This document shows, piece by piece, positions 1 through 10,187 of a stretch of 64,000 nucleotides of DNA; position 1 is the first letter of the stretch, and each line of letters starts with the position of its first letter. Made by a program: the position numbers and the translations under genes. The stretch spans positions 1,037,811 through 1,101,810 of the forward strand of contig MPMM01000001.1 in assembly GCA_002238505.1 (NCBI GenBank), written 5' to 3'. The notes below the pieces were generated by a model. The model ran no database searches. It saw only the letters and a program-made list of their open reading frames with translations, and was not told where the DNA came from. This DNA is from SAR202 cluster bacterium bin22. Lineage in GTDB: Bacteria; Chloroflexota; Dehalococcoidia; Lucifugimonadales; UBA3495.

Positions 1-316
1 GCACTAACGCAACGTCCACATGGCCCCCCCGTAGCATTGCAGCCCAATCCACCATACCCACAACTGCGCCACCCCGCTGCAGGGCTACAGGTCTGCCATC
101 AGGACTGGCAAGGGCAGGTCCGGTGGATGAGTGGCCATCACTGGAAGCGCCATATCCCAACGCTCCCGCATCGGACAGAAGCTGCACAGCAGCATCAGGT
201 GGTAACACCGCCGCCACAGAAACCGGCAAACCGGAACCCAGCGCAACCACCTGGCCCGGTTCGAGTTCAGATGCGGCCCTGCGGGCCATTGTAAGTTCGT
301 CCAATCTGGGAGGCAT
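1..316 (-). CDS. 3-oxoacid CoA-transferase subunit B (ScoB/AtoA-like), N-terminal ~105 aa; continues past the left edge
   Basis: Not in the ORF track because there is no stop in the window. Reverse-strand translation from the ATG at 316 gives MPPRLDELTMARRAASELEPGQVVALGSGLPVSVAAVLPPDAAVQLLSDAGALGYG...AMLRGGHVDVALV, which fits the subunit-B N-terminal pattern. An AAGGA RBS lies 5 nt upstream. The gene sits 30 nt downstream of the subunit-A gene. Confidence 0.7.
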   Translation of the reverse strand, partial: MPPRLDELTMARRAASELEPGQVVALGSGLPVSVAAVLPPDAAVQLLSDAGALGYGASSDGHSSTGPALASPDGRPVALQRGGAVVGMVDWAAMLRGGHVDVALV

Positions 317-345
317 GTTTGTCCTTGTGGAAGGAGAAATGGGGT

Positions 346-1071
346 TCAGTCAGATGCCACTAACCGATTTACAAAAATACCAGGGGATATGATAGCTTCG
401 GGGTCCAGCTCTCCCGGTTCAACTATGAGGCCCGCCTCGGCGACGGTAATACGGGCGGCCATTGCCATAACAGGAGCCCAGTTACGGCCTGACCCGTCAT
501 AAATGGCGTTGCCCAGGGTATCAGCCGCAGCTACCTTGATGAGGGAATAGTCCGCCTTCAGCGGCAACTCCAGAACAGCTTCGCCCTGGAGGAAAGAGCG
601 CTTTTCCTTGTCCGCTCCAAACCTTGTGCCCACTGCGGTAGGAAGAAAGACACCGCCTATGCCAGCGCCTCCCGCACGTAGCCGCTCTACCAATACACCT
701 TGGGGAACTATCTCAATATCCAGCCAACCTGCTTGCCAGCTCTCTTCAATGGCGCCACCACTGCCCGGCGAAAAAGGTATGGGGGATATTATTTTCGCGA
801 CCTGGCCGTTGGATACGAGGTTTTCGATGGCTGGCAGCGGGCCCGACCCCAAGCTTGCATAGGGGCCATCCCGGTAAACCAGAGTCAGGTCTTTGCTTCC
901 GCCTTCCAATAAGGCGACCAACAAGCGCTCTGCGACTCCATGCCCCGCGAAACCCGCTACCAAGATCGTGGAGCCATCCTGGACGTCAGCCAGCGCAGCC
1001 TGTGGCGAGTCGTATAACTTCCCCTGGGGCAATTTTGCTCTCCTTGAACGTTTGGCCAATTCTACCAGCAA
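346..1071 (-). CDS. 3-oxoacid CoA-transferase subunit A (ScoA/AtoD family)
   Basis: 241-aa ORF with VPQGVLVERLRAGGAGIGGVFLPT and LPLKADYSLIKVAAADTLGN, typical of family-I CoA-transferase alpha subunits. The B subunit follows directly. Confidence 0.85.
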   Translation of the reverse strand: MLVELAKRSRRAKLPQGKLYDSPQAALADVQDGSTILVAGFAGHGVAERLLVALLEGGSKDLTLVYRDGPYASLGSGPLPAIENLVSNGQVAKIISPIPFSPGSGGAIEESWQAGWLDIEIVPQGVLVERLRAGGAGIGGVFLPTAVGTRFGADKEKRSFLQGEAVLELPLKADYSLIKVAAADTLGNAIYDGSGRNWAPVMAMAARITVAEAGLIVEPGELDPEAIISPGIFVNRLVASD

Positions 1072-1102
1072 TCCTTTACAGGGTAAAAGAGCAAATTCCC
1101 GG

Positions 1103-1135
1103 CAATAGAAAACCGCCCCGGTTGCCCGGGGCGGT
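1103..1135 (-). terminator. Intrinsic terminator after groEL
   Basis: Minus strand reads ACCGCCCCGG-GCAA-CCGGGGCGGT followed by TTTCTATTG, about 40 nt after the groEL stop. Confidence 0.6.
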
Positions 1136-1176
1136 CGAACTATAGACTCGTATGTCCCTTTGCCGTACCTGCTGGA

Positions 1177-2823
<1,647 letters not shown>

Positions 2824-2893
2824 TTAGCGATTTATCGGTTTCTGACAGTGTCCGGACCTTTCGATCCGGCAAAGGAAGGGCGGCGAATCTCGA

Positions 2894-3184
2894 TTAGGAA
2901 ATCTTGGCGAGAACGTCGCTTTCGCGCATGATCAGATAGTCGTCGTCGCCGTCCTTATACTCGGTACCGGCAAACTTGGAGTAAATTACGCGGTCACCCA
3001 CGTTAAGTTCCATGGGAATGCGGCTACCTTCGTCGGTGGCGCGGCCCGGGCCTACGGCTATAACTTCGCCTTCCTGAGGCTTTTCCTTGGCCGTGTCGGG
3101 CAGGAAAATCCCACCGCGGGTGGTCTGCTCTTGTTCAATGGGTTTGATAATTATCCGCTCCCCTAGTGGAGCAAAATTAGCCAT
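2894..3184 (-). CDS. groES: Co-chaperonin GroES (Cpn10)
   Basis: 96 aa with LGERIIIKPIEQEQTTRGGIFLPDTAKEKPQEGEVIAVGPG. A GGAGG-type RBS precedes it. Confidence 0.97.
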   Translation of the reverse strand: MANFAPLGERIIIKPIEQEQTTRGGIFLPDTAKEKPQEGEVIAVGPGRATDEGSRIPMELNVGDRVIYSKFAGTEYKDGDDDYLIMRESDVLAKIS

Positions 3185-3234
3185 GGTAATTTCTCATTCC
3201 TCCTTTCCAATCTAAACTGTGTGTTTACACTCTT

Positions 3235-3261
3235 TTAGCAGTCTCAACGGGAGACTGCTAA
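3235..3261. promoter_or_regulatory. CIRCE operator (HrcA binding site)
   Basis: Perfect inverted repeat TTAGCAGTC-N9-GACTGCTAA (consensus TTAGCACTC-N9-GAGTGCTAA), about 50 nt upstream of the groES start. Confidence 0.85.
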
Positions 3262-3264
3262 TTC

Positions 3265-3293
3265 ATCGTAATAAAGGCGCTACCACTTGTCAA
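3265..3293 (-). promoter_or_regulatory. Sigma-70-type promoter of groESL
   Basis: Minus strand reads TTGACA-N17-TACGAT, immediately upstream of the CIRCE element. Confidence 0.6.
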
Positions 3294-3322
3294 GATATTA
3301 TCCGCCACTTAGTATTTAGCCA

Positions 3323-4135
3323 TTGCATTATGCAGTCTCTGTGAAGGATTCCGCCATTCCTTATCGCCACATAGCGCTCGAGTATGAGGCCGTTGCCAAT
3401 GGGCATTGGGCAACTATGCGCCTGACCAATTTCGACAACGGGAACTGCATTGACGCAGAAATGGCGGAAGAGATCAGGGACGCCTGCCGGATTACAGGAC
3501 AGGATAACGCCTGCCGCCTGCTGGTAGTAACCGGTTCGGGAAGCACATTTTCTGTGGGTCGGGCTTCGGTGGCCGACCTTGAAGGTGAGGTTTCAGGACG
3601 ACTCGCTTCCATGCGCGTGGCAGACTGCCTGGCGGCGCTGCCAGTCCCGGTGCTTATAGTTTTGAATGGGGATGCTATTGGTCACGGACTGGAACTGGCA
3701 TTAGCCGGAGACCTGAGAATTGCCTCTGAATCCGCCGGATTCGCCCTTTGGGAACCAGGCAAGCCAACGATGCCATGGGACGGCGGCACCCAGCGTTTGC
3801 CCAGGCTGGTCGGGCCGGCATGGGCGCTGGATATGGCCCTAACCGGCCGCAAGGTGGGCCCCGAAGAGGCTCTCCGCATCGGGTTGGTTAACCGGGTGGT
3901 CCCAGCGGACCAACTGGAAGCCTCCACCACGGAATTGGTGGGCCAGGTTCTCGCCGCGGCGCCCATTGCCGCACGGCTTGCCAAGGAAACGGTAACCAAG
4001 GGGATGGACCTGACCCTGGACCAGGGATTGGGTCTGGAGGCGGACCTGAGTGTTATCCTGCATAGCACGTCAGACCGTGCCGAAGGGATAGCATCCTTTA
4101 AGGGGAAGCGTCCACCTCGCTATACCGGCGCCTGA
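3323..4135 (+). CDS. Enoyl-CoA hydratase/isomerase (crotonase) family protein
   Basis: 270 aa with crotonase-fold signatures (LLVVTGSGSTFSVG, GDAIGHGLELALAGDLRIAS, ...EGIASFKGKRPPRY). The start is uncertain: TTG at 3323 or GTG at 3341. Confidence 0.8.
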   Translation: MHYAVSVKDSAIPYRHIALEYEAVANGHWATMRLTNFDNGNCIDAEMAEEIRDACRITGQDNACRLLVVTGSGSTFSVGRASVADLEGEVSGRLASMRVADCLAALPVPVLIVLNGDAIGHGLELALAGDLRIASESAGFALWEPGKPTMPWDGGTQRLPRLVGPAWALDMALTGRKVGPEEALRIGLVNRVVPADQLEASTTELVGQVLAAAPIAARLAKETVTKGMDLTLDQGLGLEADLSVILHSTSDRAEGIASFKGKRPPRYTGA

Positions 4136-4161
4136 ATCGAAAACGAAAGGATTTCACGCTC

Positions 4162-4716
4162 TTGAAAGTCAAACTGGACCTGCACACCCACATCTGGGAA
4201 GCATTCAACTTTCAGCCCCCTTCGCTTTCCATTGCGGAGAAGGTTGTTAATCGGATTAAGGAAAGCGGAATTGACGGCATTGCAATTACCGACCACCACA
4301 ATTGGCAGTGGGGCGCAGAATTTCGGGAACTTGTAGAAGAGCACTTCCCGGGCGAGGTAATTATTATTCCAGGCTGGGAGATTGAAATTCGCCCTCCCCA
4401 CAGCCCGTTTGACGAATACCAGGTCAGCGAGTTGCTGCTGCCCGAAGGCGGAGTTTTCCGCATCTACTGCCACCCTGGCTATTACTCTCCCAATATCATC
4501 ATCGAAGAAAACGTCCATGCCATTGAGATAGACAACTATATCCACAACTGGCATATCCGGAAGCCGCTGGTCCAGGAAGTCGCCGACGCCCACTCTCTAA
4601 TGACGGTGGAGGTCAGCGACGCCCATGTGCTCGAAAATGTGGGCCTCCGTTATACCGAAGTGGAACTGGAAGAACTGTACCGGCGCGCCATGCCCCGCGA
4701 CCTGTGGCAAGGCTGA
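4162..4716 (+). CDS. PHP-domain metal-dependent phosphoesterase
   Basis: 184 aa with KLDLHTHIWEA and GIDGIAITDHH motifs, typical of the PHP (polymerase/histidinol phosphatase) fold. TTG start. Confidence 0.65.
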   Translation: MKVKLDLHTHIWEAFNFQPPSLSIAEKVVNRIKESGIDGIAITDHHNWQWGAEFRELVEEHFPGEVIIIPGWEIEIRPPHSPFDEYQVSELLLPEGGVFRIYCHPGYYSPNIIIEENVHAIEIDNYIHNWHIRKPLVQEVADAHSLMTVEVSDAHVLENVGLRYTEVELEELYRRAMPRDLWQG

Positions 4717-4721
4717 CATCC

Positions 4722-5498
4722 ATGTCTGGATACCAGACTCTCATCTTTGAGAAGCATGGCGAGGTCGCCCGCATTTCCCTGAATCGGCCCGGGGCCCTCA
4801 ATTCCTATAACATTCAGATGCGGGACGACTTTAGCGAAGCCTTGACCGCAGTCCAGTACGACGACGAGGTCAAAGCCCTTATAATATCGGGCCAGGGCCG
4901 CGCCTTTTGCGCCGGGGCTGACCTGACAGAGTTCGGAACTGCTCCCTCGCAGGTTGAGGCGCGTCAGGTGCGCTGGCAGCGGGACGTGTGGGGACAACTG
5001 AATAAACTTCGGATTCCTTCCATTGCCGCCATTCACGGATACTGCATAGGTTCTGGAATTGAAATTGCTCTATTCTGTGACCTGCGCATTGTCTCCGACG
5101 ATGCGGTATTTGCCATGCCGGAGGTTAGGCTGGGTATGATTCCGGCGGCAGGGGGAAGCCAGACACTTCCCCGGAATTTCGGAACATCAGCGGCCATGGA
5201 CCTTCTCTTGACAGGCCGCCGGTTCGGAGCGAACGAGGCGCAGGCTCTGGGCCTTGTCACCCGGGTGGTGGCAACGGATGAATTGCAGTCCGCGGCCTGG
5301 GACCTGGCAGAGGTATTCTGCCGGTTGCCAGGGGAGGCAACCGGACCAATAAAGAAGTGCATCCGTGAAGGAATGGACCTGAGTCTCGCCGACGGGTTGG
5401 CGCTGGAGAACAGGCTGGCCCAGATAGCCTACCGGGCCCATGGTACAGATATCAGCAATATCCTGAGCCAACCAGCTTCCAGGGAAAGAGTCGATTAA
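4722..5498 (+). CDS. Enoyl-CoA hydratase/isomerase family protein
   Basis: Contains VARISLNRPGALNSYN, FCAGADL and HGYCIGSGIEIALFCDLRI. The ATG at 4722 lies 5 nt after the PHP stop. The ORF track also offers a GTG at 4704. Confidence 0.85.
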   Translation: MSGYQTLIFEKHGEVARISLNRPGALNSYNIQMRDDFSEALTAVQYDDEVKALIISGQGRAFCAGADLTEFGTAPSQVEARQVRWQRDVWGQLNKLRIPSIAAIHGYCIGSGIEIALFCDLRIVSDDAVFAMPEVRLGMIPAAGGSQTLPRNFGTSAAMDLLLTGRRFGANEAQALGLVTRVVATDELQSAAWDLAEVFCRLPGEATGPIKKCIREGMDLSLADGLALENRLAQIAYRAHGTDISNILSQPASRERVD

Positions 5499-5539
5499 AT
5501 TCGGGGTTCTTTTCCGCATGACGCGACAATGGTGACTGA

Positions 5540-7096
5540 ATGAACACTTCCGAGTTCCTACTAATTGCGGGAGCGATTGTGCCCGACCGACCTGCTCTGA
5601 TGTTCGAAGGAGAACAATTCACCTTCAGCCAGGTTCAGGAACGGGTAAATCGCCTGGCCAATGCCATGGCGGACCTGGGAGTTGCGTCCGGCGACCGTGT
5701 GGCCACCATGCAGGTGAACACTCACCAGAACGTCGAACTCTATTTCGCCACCGCCCTTCTCGATGCGGTCTATGTGCCCCTGAACTTCCGTGCCAAGGCC
5801 GAGGAACTGGCCCAGATGCTGGAAATTGCCAGTCCCAAAGTCCTGTTTATTGGAGAGAGATACTTGCCATTAATCGAGGGGCTGGATTGGCTCTCGCCGG
5901 AGCAGGTGGTGACGATGGACAGCGCTTCAGGGCCGGGCCAGCACTCCTACGAGGAGTTGCTTCAGGCCCCCCCGGACGAGATGCATTTCCCGGAAGGCGA
6001 CAACGACGACACTACCGTTATTATGTTCACCTCCGGCACGACGAGCATCCCAAAAGGCGTGCAGTTAACCCACGACAGTTTTGCCTCCTACCTGCTGGCC
6101 ACAGTGGAGCCGGCAGACCCGGAGATCGAGGAAACTAACCTGCTGACCGTGCCCCTTTACCACATTGCGGGACTCCAGGGAGCGCTGGCGGCCGTTTATG
6201 GTGGTCGAACCTTGGCAATCATGCGCCAGTTCGACCCCGAGGAATGGCTAACGCTGGTCCAGGAGTCGCAGGTGAACCGGGCAATGCTGGTGCCAACGAT
6301 GCTGAAGCGGTTAATGGACTTTCCTGGATTCCATGACTATGACCTGAGCTCCCTTCGGGTTGTCACGTACGGCGCAGCGCCTATGCCGGTACCGGTCATC
6401 CGACAGGCCATCGGGGAATTTCCGGGCGTCCGCTTTATTAACGCCTTTGGTCAGACGGAAACCGCTTCCACCATTACCATGCTTCCGCCGGAGGATCATG
6501 TCCTGGATGGAACTCCTGATGAGGTGGAGGTAAAGCTTCGACGCCTTTCCTCTATCGGCAAGCCGCTGGACGACGTGGAAGTAATGATTGTCAACGAAGA
6601 GGGCGCGCCGGTTGTCCAGGGCGAAGTCGGCGAGATTGTAGCCCGGGGTGCCCGAATGATGAAGGGCTACTGGCAGCAACAGGACGCCACCGTGGACGCC
6701 ATAAGGGACGGCTGGATATATACCGGAGACCTGGCCTACCAGGACGAAGATGACTATATCTATCTCTCCGGCCGCGCCAGGGATTTCATCAAGCGTGGCG
6801 GGGAAATGATTTCCCCCGAAGAGGTGGAGCAGGTATTGATGTCCCATCCCCAGGTGGAAGAGGCCGCCATCATTGGGGTGCCTGACCTGGAGTGGGGCGA
6901 AGAGGTGCGGGCCCTGGTGGTACGACGCTCGGGCGAAGTTGGCGAAACTGATCTGATTGACCACTGTTCCCGGCGCCTGGCCAGTTTCAAGCGGCCCCGG
7001 TCAGTTGTCTTCGTGGACCAGTTGCCCCGCAACGTTATGGGCAAGGTCATGAAACGGGACCTGCGAGAAGAATACGGCTATCCTGTTGGGCAATAG
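5540..7096 (+). CDS. AMP-dependent acyl-CoA synthetase/ligase
   Basis: 518 aa with the AMP-binding motif IMFTSGTTSIPKGV, YGAAPMP, GYWQQQDAT..DGWIYTGDLAY and a C-terminal GKVMKRDL. Confidence 0.9.
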   Translation: MNTSEFLLIAGAIVPDRPALMFEGEQFTFSQVQERVNRLANAMADLGVASGDRVATMQVNTHQNVELYFATALLDAVYVPLNFRAKAEELAQMLEIASPKVLFIGERYLPLIEGLDWLSPEQVVTMDSASGPGQHSYEELLQAPPDEMHFPEGDNDDTTVIMFTSGTTSIPKGVQLTHDSFASYLLATVEPADPEIEETNLLTVPLYHIAGLQGALAAVYGGRTLAIMRQFDPEEWLTLVQESQVNRAMLVPTMLKRLMDFPGFHDYDLSSLRVVTYGAAPMPVPVIRQAIGEFPGVRFINAFGQTETASTITMLPPEDHVLDGTPDEVEVKLRRLSSIGKPLDDVEVMIVNEEGAPVVQGEVGEIVARGARMMKGYWQQQDATVDAIRDGWIYTGDLAYQDEDDYIYLSGRARDFIKRGGEMISPEEVEQVLMSHPQVEEAAIIGVPDLEWGEEVRALVVRRSGEVGETDLIDHCSRRLASFKRPRSVVFVDQLPRNVMGKVMKRDLREEYGYPVGQ

Positions 7097-7155
7097 TATC
7101 TGAACCGACAGACTGGCCGGCTAATACAGGAATTTCCAGCGCGAGGATTACAGGA

Positions 7156-8136
7156 ATGAAAATCGCAGTAATGGGCACCGGCGGTGTTGGAGGCTATTTT
7201 GGTGGCTTGCTGGCCCGGGCCGGCAACGAAGTGACTTTCGTTGCCCGCGGCCCCCACCTGGAAGCGATCAGGGCCAACGGCCTCCGGGTAGAGAGCGCCA
7301 ACGATGGCGATTTCACGGTTCACTGCAATGCAGTCGAGGATACCAGCGGAGTCGAAACCCAGGACCTGGTTCTGTTCGCCGTCAAGATGTACCACAATTC
7401 CGATGCCATTGATTCCGTCAAACCTCTGCTGGGGCCGGATTCCCTGGTGTTGACCCTGCAGAATGGAATAGATAACAGTCAGCAACTGGTGGACGCTTTC
7501 GGCCGGGGACGAGTCTTGATCGGTTCGTGTTACCTGGAGGGTCGAATTCGGGAGCCGGGCGTTGTTACCCAGGGCGGGCCGGGAAGGGCCTCATTCGGCG
7601 AGCTGGAACCGGGAATTACGGAGCGGTGCCAGAAACTGCTCGCGGTTTTTCAGGAAGCCAACTGGCGGGTCGAGCTTGAAGAGAATATGCCTGGCATGCT
7701 TTGGAAGAAATTCTCCTACCTGGCTGGGTCAGCCGCCGTGGGCGCGGCTACCCGAACCCTTTTTGGCGAAATGCGGTCCATCCCCGAAACCAGGGCCATC
7801 ATCCAGGGCGCCATTGAGGAAATCCTGGAAGTGGGACGGGCTTCGGGAGCGCCGATAATGGACGACTCCCTGGATTGGTGCCTTACTTCCCTGGATAACT
7901 TCCCGGCAACGGGAATGTCCTCGCTGGGCAAGGATTTCCTGGAAGGACGTCCGGTAGAATTGGATGGCCTTACGGGCGCCGCCGTTCGCATGGGGCGCGA
8001 ATACGGCGTTCCAACACCCATCAACGACACTTTGTATGGCATCCTTAAGCCCTGGGCCCTGAGAATTGAAGAGAAACTAAACCAACCGATACCCGAGAAC
8101 AAGGTTCTTGGCCCGAAGGAAAACTATATCGACTGA
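7156..8136 (+). CDS. 2-dehydropantoate 2-reductase (ApbA/PanE) family oxidoreductase
   Basis: 326 aa with the N-terminal Rossmann motif MKIAVMGTGGVGGYFGGLLARAGNEVTFVARG and a C-terminal ketopantoate-reductase-like domain. Confidence 0.8.
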   Translation: MKIAVMGTGGVGGYFGGLLARAGNEVTFVARGPHLEAIRANGLRVESANDGDFTVHCNAVEDTSGVETQDLVLFAVKMYHNSDAIDSVKPLLGPDSLVLTLQNGIDNSQQLVDAFGRGRVLIGSCYLEGRIREPGVVTQGGPGRASFGELEPGITERCQKLLAVFQEANWRVELEENMPGMLWKKFSYLAGSAAVGAATRTLFGEMRSIPETRAIIQGAIEEILEVGRASGAPIMDDSLDWCLTSLDNFPATGMSSLGKDFLEGRPVELDGLTGAAVRMGREYGVPTPINDTLYGILKPWALRIEEKLNQPIPENKVLGPKENYID

Positions 8137-8319
8137 AATGCTTTTCCCGGAGTCCGCAAACCACAAGTGCAGCGGTGTCAGCCAGGGAGCAGCGGCTGGA
8201 TGCGAGAATCTGCGGGCCAATACCTTGAACTTAACGAAATGGTACCTGCTTTTGCAGGTTCCTGTTCCCGCGCAAATATTTCCAACATTGTTTGGATACC
8301 TTTCGGAGGCCAGAGATAG

Positions 8320-9291
8320 ATGAAAGCAGCCCGGCTGGTTGGCCCCAGACAGTTTGAGATTATTGATGCAGAAGTACCTGTTCCCGAAGAGGGCCAGTGC
8401 CTGATTAAGCTCGAAAAGATCTCGGTGTGCGGAAGCGACATCCGGCACGAATACAGCCACCTGTTTCCTGAGGACCACTACCCGGGCCGATTGGGAGTTC
8501 CGGGCCACGAGTGCGCGGGAGTTGTAGTGGAAAGCAGGTGCCAGGAGTACCGGGAAGGGCAGAGGGTAATCATCTACCCGGGCCGCGGCGCTAACTCCGG
8601 CGGTCTGGTGGAGTACATTACCTCGGGTCCCGATTTGATGTGCGCTCTGCCCGACGATGGGGATATGGCCGAATGGGTGCTTTGTCAGCCATCGGGAACT
8701 GTCCTCTATTCCGTGCAGCAAATGGGCAGCCTGCTGGGCAAGGACGTAGTGGTAGTCGGGCAGGGAGTCATTGGCCTGTCGTTCACCATGCTTTGCGCTA
8801 GGCTGGGCGCCTACCGGGTGATAGGTATTGACCCCATAAACTACCGGCTGGAGTGGTCAAGGAAAATGGGCGCCACCCATGCATTCAACCCGGACGAGGT
8901 CAACGTCATCGAGGCTATCGAGGAACTGACCGGAGGCCGGGGAGCCGACGTTGTGGTAGAAGCTGCCGGTTACCCGGACAGCTTCAATACTGCCCTGCGG
9001 CTGGTAGCCCAGTTTGGAAAGGTTATGGTTTTCGGGATCCAGGGCGATGAGTTCATACCGGTGGAACACAACCTGCTGATGGAACGTCAGCCCGAATTGA
9101 TTCCCACAACCGGCGGCCGACTGCGGGAACCTATGGCCCCCATAAGGACCATGGTTGACCTGAAGCACCGTGGCTGGTGCAACCCCGGCGAGATGCTCAC
9201 CCACCGTCTTCCCTTTGAGGAAGTTCAAAGGGCCTTTGAAATGTACGAGAACCAGGAAGACGGCATCATCAAGGTCGTAATGACCATCTAA
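8320..9291 (+). CDS. Zinc-dependent alcohol/polyol dehydrogenase (MDR family)
   Basis: 323 aa with CGSDIRHE, the zinc motif GHECAGVV and the Rossmann motif VVVVGQGVIG. Confidence 0.85.
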   Translation: MKAARLVGPRQFEIIDAEVPVPEEGQCLIKLEKISVCGSDIRHEYSHLFPEDHYPGRLGVPGHECAGVVVESRCQEYREGQRVIIYPGRGANSGGLVEYITSGPDLMCALPDDGDMAEWVLCQPSGTVLYSVQQMGSLLGKDVVVVGQGVIGLSFTMLCARLGAYRVIGIDPINYRLEWSRKMGATHAFNPDEVNVIEAIEELTGGRGADVVVEAAGYPDSFNTALRLVAQFGKVMVFGIQGDEFIPVEHNLLMERQPELIPTTGGRLREPMAPIRTMVDLKHRGWCNPGEMLTHRLPFEEVQRAFEMYENQEDGIIKVVMTI

Positions 9292-9328
9292 GAGGGAAAA
9301 AGAGAGTTCAATTAGAAGGAGGACTGAT

Positions 9329-9673
9329 ATGGGAACCTATCGAATGTACACTGGCGACGACGGGCAGACTCACGTTGAGACCATCGATTTGGACAACACC
9401 CCGGACTGGACCAACGCGCAGGATGCTACAACCATCACGTTCCGGGCGGCCCCGGTAGGACGCTTCCAGGACTGGCACCCGGCCCCTCGCGCCCAGTATG
9501 TGATTATTCTGTCCGGACAGTTGGAAATTGGCCTGGGCGACGGCTCCAAGCACGTCTTTGGCCCTGGCGATGCCCGACTGGTGGCAGACACCACCGGCCA
9601 GGGGCACACCACCGCAACCTACGGCGATGTCCCCTGCGTGACAGCCACTATACCCCTCGCCAATCAGGGCTAG
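9329..9673 (+). CDS. Small cupin-domain protein
   Basis: 114 aa. Strong RBS (AAGGAGGA). Beta-barrel-like WHPAPRAQYVIILSGQLEIGLGDG...GDARLV pattern. Confidence 0.55.
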   Translation: MGTYRMYTGDDGQTHVETIDLDNTPDWTNAQDATTITFRAAPVGRFQDWHPAPRAQYVIILSGQLEIGLGDGSKHVFGPGDARLVADTTGQGHTTATYGDVPCVTATIPLANQG

Positions 9674-9702
9674 CCCGACCGGACCGTCGACGAAAATTGT
9701 TG

Positions 9703-9727
9703 GAGGCGGGCCCTGGTGGCCCGCCTC
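9703..9727. terminator. Hairpin between convergent genes
   Basis: GAGGCGGGCC-CTGGT-GGCCCGCCTC, between the cupin gene (+) and the 9727..10089 gene (-). No clear U-tract. Confidence 0.45.
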
Positions 9728-10089
9728 TAGCTTTCGGGGTAAGTCAGCTTCAGAAGCGTGTGCCGGCGGTTCATAGTGTATGGCCGGACATCTTCCGGCC
9801 AGCTTCCCGCATCTACCGCCTCGCTCCAGCCGGCGCCGGTTAGCACTTCGGGTGACTCCAGTTCGTACATGGCATGGTGCTTAGGCTCGTTTTCAATGAC
9901 GATACGCCGGGTCTCTCCACCCATCACCATTACCAGTTCCTGCGTCTCAAAGCGTGCCACGGAAATCACGCCCGGCACCTGGGAAAGCAGGGGGCAATGC
10001 TCGGTGTTATAGACTTCATTGAAACGGTCCTCTCTGTCTGCCTGGACATCCATGCTGGCAATGAACAAGTACCTGGAACGTGGTGGCAT
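9727..10089 (-). CDS. Small alpha/beta-barrel (EthD/DUF4286-like) protein, paralog of 41921..42229
   Basis: 120 aa with a GGAGG RBS. YLFIASMDVQADREDRFNEVYNTEHCPLLSQVPGV aligns clearly with the 41921..42229 product. The family assignment is tentative. Confidence 0.55.
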   Translation of the reverse strand: MPPRSRYLFIASMDVQADREDRFNEVYNTEHCPLLSQVPGVISVARFETQELVMVMGGETRRIVIENEPKHHAMYELESPEVLTGAGWSEAVDAGSWPEDVRPYTMNRRHTLLKLTYPES

Positions 10090-10102
10090 TTTTTATTCCT
10101 CC

Positions 10103-10136
10103 GCAAAAAAATTAGGGCGGGTGACAAACCCGCCCT
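10103..10136 (-). terminator. Intrinsic terminator after the TPP-enzyme gene
   Basis: Minus strand reads AGGGCGGGT-TTGTC-ACCCGCCCT followed by AATTTTTTTG. Confidence 0.7.
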
Positions 10137-10187
10137 GTAAACACCAGAGATATCAGAGTTGTAGGTGGACGTTCAATGGCCGGTCTG

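Noticed and set aside
8077-8721. 214-aa minus-strand ORF
   Set aside because: It overlaps the end of the PanE-like gene and the start of the Zn-ADH gene in antisense. No motifs or RBS.
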